Below are positions 1-6,691 of a stretch of DNA of 8,003 bases, one piece after another. Each line of letters begins with the position of its first letter. Position 1 is the first letter of the stretch. A model generated the notes under the pieces. That model saw nothing but the letters and a program-made list of their open reading frames with translations, was not told the origin of the DNA and did not search any database. The position numbers and the translations under genes were made by a program. The stretch is from Candidatus Hodarchaeota archaeon (GTDB lineage: Archaea > Asgardarchaeota > Heimdallarchaeia > Hodarchaeales > Hodarchaeaceae). The stretch covers positions 1-8,003 of the forward strand of contig JAEOTQ010000090.1 of NCBI GenBank assembly GCA_016839785.1, written 5' to 3'.

Positions 1-1271
1 GCATAGATTTTCTGTGGCGCGGAATATTGAACCATTTCCACGAGGCCTTCTAATGAAGAATGACCAGAAAATTGAAATTGTTTAATTTCAAGATTTAAAA
101 CGACATCGAATACTTGGCCAAATCCATTATCTAGTGAAACTTCTTTTCGTCCAGCTGCGATCTCTGATCCCATTGTTCCTTCCACTTGATAACCTACAAT
201 ATACAGGCCATTTTGGATATTATTTCCACCCATTCGTAAATAATCATAAACTGGCCCTCCTTCCATCATACCAGATGTCGTTAAAATTATACTCTGCTGT
301 TCACGATTAATTAAAAGCTCCCGTTTCTTAGATCGTTTCATTTTCATGGCTACATCATCTAAAACACGAATTCCTTCATGATCAAATGGAGTTCTATACC
401 CTCTCTCTTTGAGTTCAATTAAAACACGGGGAGAAACCCATTTATCATTCATGTATCGTTCATAAATGGCATTCATATCAAGAATCATACCATCAATATA
501 AAGAGGGAACTTATGAAGGAAAGAATCAAAATCACTCGCTAGGTAAGCCTGGATTTCTTGTGATCTCCCAAGGGCAAAGGATGGAATAATGGCTTTTCCA
601 CCCCTAGAGTAACAACTGAGTAATGATTTTGTCAATTTTGAAGTAACTGTTTTTCGTCCCTCGATTCGCCTGTTTGCATTTGTTGTTTCAGTTATCAATA
701 TATCAATCGGATCATCTGGATCTGGAAATTGGATGGGATCATGATAGGGAGTTTTTGCATTGTTAAAATCACCAGTATATAAAATTCGGGTCCCTTCCCA
801 GTCTAGAAGGATGAGCGCACTACCTAATATATGGCTAGCATCCAAAAATTCTGCAGTTATTCCATTAGCAATTTTGAATTTTCTCCGATAATTATGAGTT
901 TCTATTTTCATTAATGAAGTTTGAAGATGGGAAACACCATAATGGTGGGGACCTTCAATTTTTAAATGATCTTTCCAAAGAATATGAACAATATCCTTTG
1001 TTGGCGTCGTCATATGGATTGGTCCATGATATCCAGCACGATAGAGAGCTGGTGTATATCCAGAATGATCAATGTGAGCATGGGAAATAAGAACTGCGTC
1101 AGTATCCTGTGCAAATCTGTCAACATCGGGAGGAGTAGAAACACGGCCTGTTCGTCGGGGGTGCAATTGAATCCCAGCGTCAAGTATTACTCTTCGATCA
1201 TCGCTATCAGAGATCATTACACAAGATTTTCCCACAGAGTCATAAGCACCGAGTACACTAATTTCTAACAT
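1..1271 (-). CDS. beta-CASP metallo-beta-lactamase-fold ribonuclease (aCPSF2 / RNase J-like, no N-terminal KH domains); C-terminus runs off the left edge
   Basis: ATG at 1271-1269 is preceded by an in-frame TGA (1277-1275). The frame stays open to position 3 (423 codons). It is absent from the ORF track because the window holds no stop codon. My own translation begins MLEISVLGAYDSVGKSCVMISDSDDRRVILDAG. MBL motifs: HAHIDH (1065-1082), DASHILGS, LYTGDF. beta-CASP motif A is ILITETT and motif B is FSGHSS, near the left edge. Motif C would lie outside the window. Confidence 0.85.
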   Translation of the reverse strand, partial: MLEISVLGAYDSVGKSCVMISDSDDRRVILDAGIQLHPRRTGRVSTPPDVDRFAQDTDAVLISHAHIDHSGYTPALYRAGYHGPIHMTTPTKDIVHILWKDHLKIEGPHHYGVSHLQTSLMKIETHNYRRKFKIANGITAEFLDASHILGSALILLDWEGTRILYTGDFNNAKTPYHDPIQFPDPDDPIDILITETTNANRRIEGRKTVTSKLTKSLLSCYSRGGKAIIPSFALGRSQEIQAYLASDFDSFLHKFPLYIDGMILDMNAIYERYMNDKWVSPRVLIELKERGYRTPFDHEGIRVLDDVAMKMKRSKKRELLINREQQSIILTTSGMMEGGPVYDYLRMGGNNIQNGLYIVGYQVEGTMGSEIAAGRKEVSLDNGFGQVFDVVLNLEIKQFQFSGHSSLEGLVEMVQYSAPQKIY

Positions 1272-1452
1272 TTTTCATCAATTATTTCAAAATTTGTAAC
1301 ATGAGAGTTTCTTAATTTTGGTTTTCCAATTAGTTAAGGTCATCACATCAAGCGATCTACTCAATATAGCAATGGTTGCCCAATACTAAAAGGACTCTTC
1401 CGTGAGGTAAAACACTTTAAGATGGAGTTAGTCTTCTATCATTCGATTAATA

Positions 1453-2166
1453 ATGATATCTGATCTTCAGGAGATTTCAATTTCCGCAATTTTACTGGGT
1501 GTAATTCTACTCTTTTCTGGGTCTTTCCTTGATATTCCAGATTTGTATAATATAGGATTTATTATTCTGGCATTGGGATTCTTCTTGATAGTCATCCAAT
1601 GGATCGCAAGCGGTGGCGCCATTGAAATATTAAATTGGCTTCCTATCATTCTCATATTCACTATCATTACTTCCTTAAGTAGTGATTTTGTCTCTCAATC
1701 AAGTACAACCCAAATTCTAACTTGGCCATCCGTTGCAATTATTTTGATTGTCATAGTCTTTTTCGTTCTCTTCCAAGGTGGAGATTTAACTTTTTTAATG
1801 CAGTTCTTACCCGTTATTCTCGGTCTAAGCCTACTTGGATTAGTATTTGGCCAATTAATTTGGGCGGACGCATTTAGAGGATTGGCATATAGTATTGGAT
1901 TTCTAGGAATAGTAATTTTACTTCTATGGATAAATGTCCGAAAATCTCAACAAAAACCCCCTGCAACGGGTGAATTATCAACAATTTTAGGAGAAGATGG
2001 TATTGCGACAACTGATATTTCTAGTGTCTATGGAGGAAAAGTTAAAATAGGAACAACTATTTGGAGGGCAACTAGTGAGTTTAATATTCAAGAAGGAGAA
2101 ATGGTTCGAGTAGTTGGAACTGGAGAGAAAAATTTAGTTTTAGAGGTTCAAAGAATTGAGTCCTAA
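1453..2166 (+). CDS. polytopic membrane protein with C-terminal NfeD-like (OB-fold) domain
   Basis: 237-aa ORF starting at ATG 1453. About 170 N-terminal residues form several hydrophobic helices (LLGVILLFSG, IGFIILALGFFLIV, ILIFTIITSL, VAIILIVIVFFVLF, VILGLSLLGLVFG, IGFLGIVILLLWI). The soluble tail GKVKIGTTIWRATSEFNIQEGEMVRVVGTGEKNLVLEVQRI matches the pattern of the NfeD C-terminal domain. Confidence 0.7.
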   Translation: MISDLQEISISAILLGVILLFSGSFLDIPDLYNIGFIILALGFFLIVIQWIASGGAIEILNWLPIILIFTIITSLSSDFVSQSSTTQILTWPSVAIILIVIVFFVLFQGGDLTFLMQFLPVILGLSLLGLVFGQLIWADAFRGLAYSIGFLGIVILLLWINVRKSQQKPPATGELSTILGEDGIATTDISSVYGGKVKIGTTIWRATSEFNIQEGEMVRVVGTGEKNLVLEVQRIES

Positions 2167-2195
2167 GCAGTGTAGTTCTTTATAGTCAGAGACAA

Positions 2196-2202
2196 TTTTT
2201 TT
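2196..2202 (+). terminator. oligo-T tract (T7), candidate archaeal terminator for the NfeD-like gene
   Basis: A run of seven T lies 30 nt downstream of the stop at 2164-2166. Archaeal RNA polymerase terminates at oligo-T stretches. Confidence 0.35.
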
Positions 2203-2302
2203 GAAATGTTGGTAGCGACATTACTCTGGTAAGTAAATACCTATCTAGTACTAAAAAAGGCATATAATTTTCCTTAAAATGCCGCTATATAACAAAAAAA
2301 TT

Positions 2303-2379
2303 GGGCCGGTGGTCTAGCTCGGTATGACGCTAGTCTCACACACTAGAAGTCGGTAGTTCAAATCTGCCTCGGCCCACCA
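2303..2379 (+). tRNA. tRNA-Val, anticodon CAC, genomically encoded CCA
   Basis: Hand-folded cloverleaf. Acceptor stem GGGCCGG (2303-2309) pairs with TCGGCCC (2369-2375). D arm is GTCT/TGAC. Anticodon stem CTAGT (2330-2334) pairs with ACTAG (2342-2346), with loop CTCACAC (anticodon CAC at 2337-2339). Variable loop is AAGTC. T arm GGTAG (2352-2356) pairs with CTGCC (2364-2368), with loop TTCAAAT. Discriminator is A2376 and CCA is 2377-2379. The gene is a GC-rich island in AT-rich surroundings. Confidence 0.93.
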
Positions 2380-2391
2380 CCCTTATCATCA

Positions 2392-2399
2392 TTTTCTTT
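2392..2399 (+). terminator. T-rich tract (TTTTCTTT) downstream of the tRNA
   Basis: It lies 13 nt past the tRNA 3' end. This is an oligo-T type archaeal termination signal and is weak on its own. Confidence 0.3.
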
Positions 2400-2515
2400 A
2401 TCAGAAACACAAAGATTTTAACGTAAGTATGTAAAAATTACTAGGTGAGTTAGATCCCAATAATTTTTCGTAATAAGAAACTAAATTCTTTTTACCTATA
2501 TCACTAACTTTACTC

Positions 2516-3601
2516 ATGATGGAGAGAAACTACAAACGAAGATTTCCTATATCAGATTGGGTTCTTATTACTCTATACGTTCTTATATACCCACTAGCTG
2601 TAAGTTTGACCTTAATTTTCTTTTTCTACAATTTTAGTAACAAAATTAGTCAATTAATATTTTTAAACCTTATAATATTCATATTCCTCCTTATTTCTCT
2701 GTATTTTTATCAATCTGTCTTCCGTAAACTTGATTTATACGCTAAAAAAGTAGATTTCTATCATTTTACTCCCTCTCTAGTCGATTTAGTTATTCATTTG
2801 ATAAAACAGGTATATTACGTGCTTTTTCTTGGTTTGTTACTCACTTTTTTCTTGGAATTCTTAATTTCTGTTTCCAAGAACGATTTAACTGTTTATCTGG
2901 GATTTTCTATCAGCATCTCCCTCCTTTTAGAAGGAATATTAATTGTTATTCGCATGCGAAGCAAAATTGCTTTAATAAATACAGCACAAGAACCTGTAAA
3001 AGAGAATATTATTGCAAATTTGAATCTTGACTATCCAGAAAGTATGAAAATCAGTGAATATCGATTTGCTGATATTCAAGTTCCATCGTTATTTCTCTCA
3101 GCTGGAGTAACAACATTTGGTCTAAATAATTATATTTGCTTAGTTTCTAGGTATTTTAATTGGAAATTAAATGATGAGGAATTAATTGCTGTCTTACTAC
3201 ATGAAGTAGGTCATGTTAAAAACAATCACATAAGGAAAACATATATGATCATTGGAACAGAGGTAATTTTAAGGTCGATAAGGATCTTTAGCGTATTACT
3301 ACTGCTCTTAAGCATTTCAGGCAATCTTGAACTTTTCAAGATTGACCCATTCTCGTTCCTCTATTTAGTTTTGATTCTTAGTGTATTCCTTGCTTCCGCG
3401 TTTCTAACGTTTTTTCTGAGATATCGAACCTATTTAGCAGAAATTTCGGCTGATGAATATTCTGCAAACGAGATAGGTGCATTAGAACTGGCAAAAGTCT
3501 TACGAAAATTACCAAAACTAATTCCTTCCCCTTTGGTATATGATCAATCTTCGTTTTTAGGTTTCAGAGTAAATCTCCTTCGAGATTCGGCAAAAAAATA
3601 A
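2516..3601 (+). CDS. integral-membrane zinc metalloprotease, M48 (HtpX/Ste24)-like
   Basis: 361-aa ORF with tandem ATGs at 2516 and 2519. HEVGH sits at 3200-3214 (LLHEVGHVKNNH). A downstream AEISADEYSA (3437-3466) fits the M48 third-ligand E-x3-AD motif. Hydrophobic segments lie both before the HEXXH (residues about 15-150) and between HEXXH and the Glu motif. Confidence 0.72.
   Translation: MMERNYKRRFPISDWVLITLYVLIYPLAVSLTLIFFFYNFSNKISQLIFLNLIIFIFLLISLYFYQSVFRKLDLYAKKVDFYHFTPSLVDLVIHLIKQVYYVLFLGLLLTFFLEFLISVSKNDLTVYLGFSISISLLLEGILIVIRMRSKIALINTAQEPVKENIIANLNLDYPESMKISEYRFADIQVPSLFLSAGVTTFGLNNYICLVSRYFNWKLNDEELIAVLLHEVGHVKNNHIRKTYMIIGTEVILRSIRIFSVLLLLLSISGNLELFKIDPFSFLYLVLILSVFLASAFLTFFLRYRTYLAEISADEYSANEIGALELAKVLRKLPKLIPSPLVYDQSSFLGFRVNLLRDSAKK
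3592..3598 (-). terminator. oligo-T (T7 on the - strand), candidate terminator of the SNM1-like/MutS-like/longin-like gene cluster
   Basis: The + strand A7 run at 3592-3598 reads TTTTTTT on the - strand. It lies 27-33 nt downstream of the stop of the 3625-4374 gene and overlaps the last codons of the convergent M48-like gene. No T run of 5 or more occurs on the - strand in the two intergenic gaps inside the cluster. Confidence 0.35.
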
Positions 3602-3624
3602 AGTAAATATAAGTAGTCAAGAAA

Positions 3625-4374
3625 TCATTCAATAAGTGCAAGTTCTACGTCTTCAATTCCTAAGGATGATAGAAGAGATGATAAGAACTCTTCAAAAAAA
3701 CATCCGCTTTTTTCAATTTGACAAAAAAAGCAGCCGTCACAATGAAGAAAATACCTAAGATCTTCTCGCTTAACATGCTCGCCATCTAACTGCATAACTA
3801 GCTTATCAATTCGTGCTAAAACAAAATTTTGACCTTTTGATAATGCCTGTTTAAAGGAATCATGATGTTTCTCTAGTAGCCGATTTCCTATTTTGCGTCC
3901 TAAGGTATCCAAACCTTCTTGCAAGTATTCTTCCTCTGTAAGTAATCCATCTTCAATTAGAAATAATAAAAGTGCTATTTTCTTTCCTAGGGGAATGAGG
4001 ATTTCATCGGCGTCCTTCGAAAAACTCTCAAAAATTGAAATGTCTACTACTTCACGTTGCCACATTACTTCAGGAAATCTAATAAAAAATCGTTCTAGGA
4101 GAAAATCTATTTCCTTTTCACACCATTGGGGATTAATTGTCGATTCGATGAAAATGACAAATAATAGGGGTTGTTCACGCTTTTTAAAGAATAATGATAC
4201 TTTAGACATCTGTAATATATCTATCGCGTCATTTTCTACCGCGGTGGCATAATTATAGAGGGCACTGATAAGCCCTGAGCGAAGGATTATATCCGTGGAA
4301 TTTCCTGTCTGATATTTTCTATGGAATAAAACCGTACCTGATTCGTGAATACAGAGAAATTCCCTGATTATCAT
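3625..4374 (-). CDS. hypothetical protein: longin/roadblock-like N-terminal domain plus Cys-rich V4R-like C-terminal region
   Basis: 249-aa ORF with ATG at 4374-4372 and a GAGG Shine-Dalgarno-like element 8 nt upstream. The N-terminus MIIREFLCIHESGTVLFHRKYQ...DIILRSGLISALYNYA...LLFVIFIES...IDFLLERFF has the hydrophobic periodicity of longin/AP-sigma/roadblock folds. The C-terminus contains LGRKIGNRLL and the cluster HCDGCFFCQIEKSGC (3700-3744) followed by FFEEFLSSLLSSLG, which resembles the Cys-containing end of V4R domains. That it is coding is confident. The domain calls are pattern-based only. Confidence 0.6.
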   Translation of the reverse strand: MIIREFLCIHESGTVLFHRKYQTGNSTDIILRSGLISALYNYATAVENDAIDILQMSKVSLFFKKREQPLLFVIFIESTINPQWCEKEIDFLLERFFIRFPEVMWQREVVDISIFESFSKDADEILIPLGKKIALLLFLIEDGLLTEEEYLQEGLDTLGRKIGNRLLEKHHDSFKQALSKGQNFVLARIDKLVMQLDGEHVKREDLRYFLHCDGCFFCQIEKSGCFFEEFLSSLLSSLGIEDVELALIE

Positions 4375-4382
4375 TTTTCATT

Positions 4383-4386
4383 CCTC
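4383..4386 (-). promoter_or_regulatory. Shine-Dalgarno-like GAGG upstream of the 3625-4374 gene
   Basis: The - strand reads AAAUGAGGAAUGAAAA-AUG. GAGG sits 8 nt before the ATG and is complementary to the conserved CCUC at the 16S rRNA 3' end. This is typical of internal genes in archaeal operons. Confidence 0.45.
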
Positions 4387-4423
4387 ATTTTGCAGAGAAT
4401 TACTCTAATGTCGAAGGTGCTTG

Positions 4424-6619
4424 TTAAGAATCGAAAGTTTCTAGAATATATGTATAGATTTCCTTTTCAGCACCTTTCGAGATATGTTGTAATCGTTGAA
4501 CGATTAATTCGGGGGTAGATTTTGCGTATTTGTAATATTTTGGTGTTCTATCGACAATGAGATCCAAGTTCTCCGAAAGACCTTTTGCCTCAATTCCATC
4601 AATACGTAATCCTTCCTTGGTATATTTACTAATCTCTTGTGCTAAGTGAGTTACAAAAATACCCACTGAATCTGGAGATCGCCCTAATAAATCCAAAAAT
4701 GCTGCAATTACTCGAGCAGATGCTCCAGGCTCAGAAATACTCTCCATTTCGTCGGCTAGGACTAACCTTGAGTTGGGGCTCATAATCATTTGTGAAAGAG
4801 TTCTCAAGGTCGATTCAAAAGCTCCAGCGTTCATATGATCCGTAGATTTTCTATAATAATGTAATTCTTTGAATCCTCCAATTTTTGCTTCGTAACATGG
4901 GACAGGTAATCCCATTTGGCTAAGTATGACAATTACTGCGATGGCAACAAGTAAAGTTGTTTTTCCACCACTATTTGCTCCTGATAATAGTACGATGCGC
5001 TCTCCATCCACTCCATCGGTTATTTTCCCGATTTCTCCAATAGCGTAAGAGACAGGATCCAATTTTATCTGTCCTCGTAGTTCTTGATGCGCTAAAAATA
5101 AATTTTTCCCTTCTTTAAAGAATAATCCTGTTCCCCTACCTTCAAGAAAAGATGGTAAAGATAATTTATATGTCCCAGCAAATTTACCAATCATCAATAG
5201 ATAATCTAATTCCAACATACAATTTAATCCTTCTATTGCTACTCTCTCATATCCCTTCAATTTCTGGGCTAAATCAACTTTAAGTTCAAAAGCTTTACTC
5301 GATCGTTTCTTACGTATAAATTCAATAAATCGATTTTTAATATCATCTTGAGGGTCGATAGGAAATTTCAGCTCGCGGGGAAAGACGCCGTTTAAATAAT
5401 CGGTCTCTTCGTCCGATAAATTCAATTTAGCGGCTAGTTCAATCTCAGCCCTATTGATGATTTCTTCCACAGCCAAGAATAATTCATCATCCAGATATTC
5501 ACGTAAATCCTCACGGCTGGAGCTAGTAGAATAACCTTGACCCTCAGTTGAAAAGCCCTTAAGCAGCGCGAGAATTTTTTCACCTTCTAAATGAATCGTG
5601 GTATCCTGTAGTTTTTTTTCTAATTCATCATTAAGCTTCAATAATACTTCTTCCAAGACCATTTCAAAGGTCGTTTCAACCTTTAAAAGACGTGAAAAAT
5701 CCTTATTGAGTCTAGAACTTGGTTCTCCGGTTTCCTCTAGATTTGTTAACTCTTTACCCATATTAACCAACATATTTAGATCTAAATCTCCAATAAAGTT
5801 TTTCAATTTTTCAGAGGGAATCTCACGAAGAAGCAACGCTAGTTTAGATATTGTGATCAAAGTGTTTTTGTTCTGTGCGAAAAAAATCAATGATTTCTCT
5901 GGAAGAATGCGATTGACCTCATGACGTTGAGATTCAGAAACAGTAATAATATTTGGGAATTCATCATCAAGGATGTAATCACTGCCAATCCAAATTATTT
6001 CATCTAAACCAGCAAGAGTATCATTAATCTTCTCATAGTCTTCTATGAATAGAATTTCACAATACTTTCCTATTATATTAGAAAGAAGTTCATTATAGAT
6101 GCCTTTATCGGTAGTTGCCACAGCTCGAGATGCAGTATCAATGGATTCTGAATGTTCCTTTAAAGGAAGTAATTGGCGTAAATATGAATCATATTCAACA
6201 AGGGCATTTTTAGATCCTTGGACTATTGTGAATAATTCTTGTCCGAGTCGAGTTATTTCCTGACGATTTTTTATCTTATTTAATGCAGTAATGGGTAAGG
6301 GGAAGTACAAGTAAAGTTTTGAACGAGAGTAGAAAGTATTTCCAAATTTTGAAACCAGATCAATAATACGATTGTAAATTAGAATTGTATCTTCGGTTTT
6401 TAGAAAATCCTGTATTTGTTCACCAGTCTCTTGATAATGCAAATTTCGACACAAGCTAAGGGCAAATCGTTCCCCAATTCCATCAATAGAGGAGATTTCA
6501 GCAATTCGTGACCCTCGTAGGGCATTTAGAACTAGATTTTCGCTTCCAAAATATGAAACGAGTTTCTTTTCAATGGAAGGGCCAACTCCCCTTATATCAC
6601 GAAGTTTTATCACATTCAA
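4424..6619 (-). CDS. MutS-family (MutS2-like domain V) ABC ATPase with N-terminal (HhH)2 domain; no mismatch-recognition domain and no Smr domain
   Basis: 731-aa ORF. Walker A is GANSGGKTT (4955-4981), followed by MGLPVPCYEAKIG, GAFESTL, Walker B LVLADE and FVTHL. ISEPGASARVIAAFLDLL resembles the MutS2 DP-EGAALA-AILE segment. The N-terminal LRDIRGVGPSIEKKLVSYFGS...EISSIDGIGERFALSL gives two helix-hairpin-helix motifs (about 6440-6607). The start codon is TTG (6619-6617). The only in-frame ATG lies about 280 codons downstream and would delete the HhH region. Confidence 0.88.
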   Translation of the reverse strand: MNVIKLRDIRGVGPSIEKKLVSYFGSENLVLNALRGSRIAEISSIDGIGERFALSLCRNLHYQETGEQIQDFLKTEDTILIYNRIIDLVSKFGNTFYSRSKLYLYFPLPITALNKIKNRQEITRLGQELFTIVQGSKNALVEYDSYLRQLLPLKEHSESIDTASRAVATTDKGIYNELLSNIIGKYCEILFIEDYEKINDTLAGLDEIIWIGSDYILDDEFPNIITVSESQRHEVNRILPEKSLIFFAQNKNTLITISKLALLLREIPSEKLKNFIGDLDLNMLVNMGKELTNLEETGEPSSRLNKDFSRLLKVETTFEMVLEEVLLKLNDELEKKLQDTTIHLEGEKILALLKGFSTEGQGYSTSSSREDLREYLDDELFLAVEEIINRAEIELAAKLNLSDEETDYLNGVFPRELKFPIDPQDDIKNRFIEFIRKKRSSKAFELKVDLAQKLKGYERVAIEGLNCMLELDYLLMIGKFAGTYKLSLPSFLEGRGTGLFFKEGKNLFLAHQELRGQIKLDPVSYAIGEIGKITDGVDGERIVLLSGANSGGKTTLLVAIAVIVILSQMGLPVPCYEAKIGGFKELHYYRKSTDHMNAGAFESTLRTLSQMIMSPNSRLVLADEMESISEPGASARVIAAFLDLLGRSPDSVGIFVTHLAQEISKYTKEGLRIDGIEAKGLSENLDLIVDRTPKYYKYAKSTPELIVQRLQHISKGAEKEIYTYILETFDS

Positions 6620-6691
6620 TTCTATTACCGCTCTTTTTACATACTACAGGATATTCTAATATTAAGTCATTATTATCAGTTCGGTTTTTTC

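Noticed and set aside
966-1268. A 100-aa ORF on the + strand from the ORF track.
   Set aside because: It lies entirely antisense to the beta-CASP RNase gene, which has clear HxHxDH and beta-CASP motifs. Its Cys/Trp/Ser/Arg-rich content is typical of a shadow frame.
1467-1667. A 66-aa ORF on the - strand.
   Set aside because: It is antisense to, and nested within, the NfeD-like membrane protein gene. It is a shadow ORF.
2259-2292. Several TATA-like strings (ATATAATTTT, TTAAAAT, CTATATAA) and a GGCAT...ATGCC inverted repeat upstream of tRNA-Val.
   Set aside because: A tRNA promoter is surely here. Three overlapping AT-rich candidates sit at -37, -26 and -14 and cannot be discriminated by eye. 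The 5-bp inverted repeat is not significant.
3893-4252. A 119-aa ORF on the + strand.
   Set aside because: It is antisense to the 3625-4374 gene. Its Ser/Arg/Asn-rich, low-complexity product is typical of the reverse frame of an AT-rich gene.
5598-5924. A 108-aa ORF on the + strand.
   Set aside because: It is antisense within the MutS-like gene. Its Ser-rich, low-complexity translation has no motifs.
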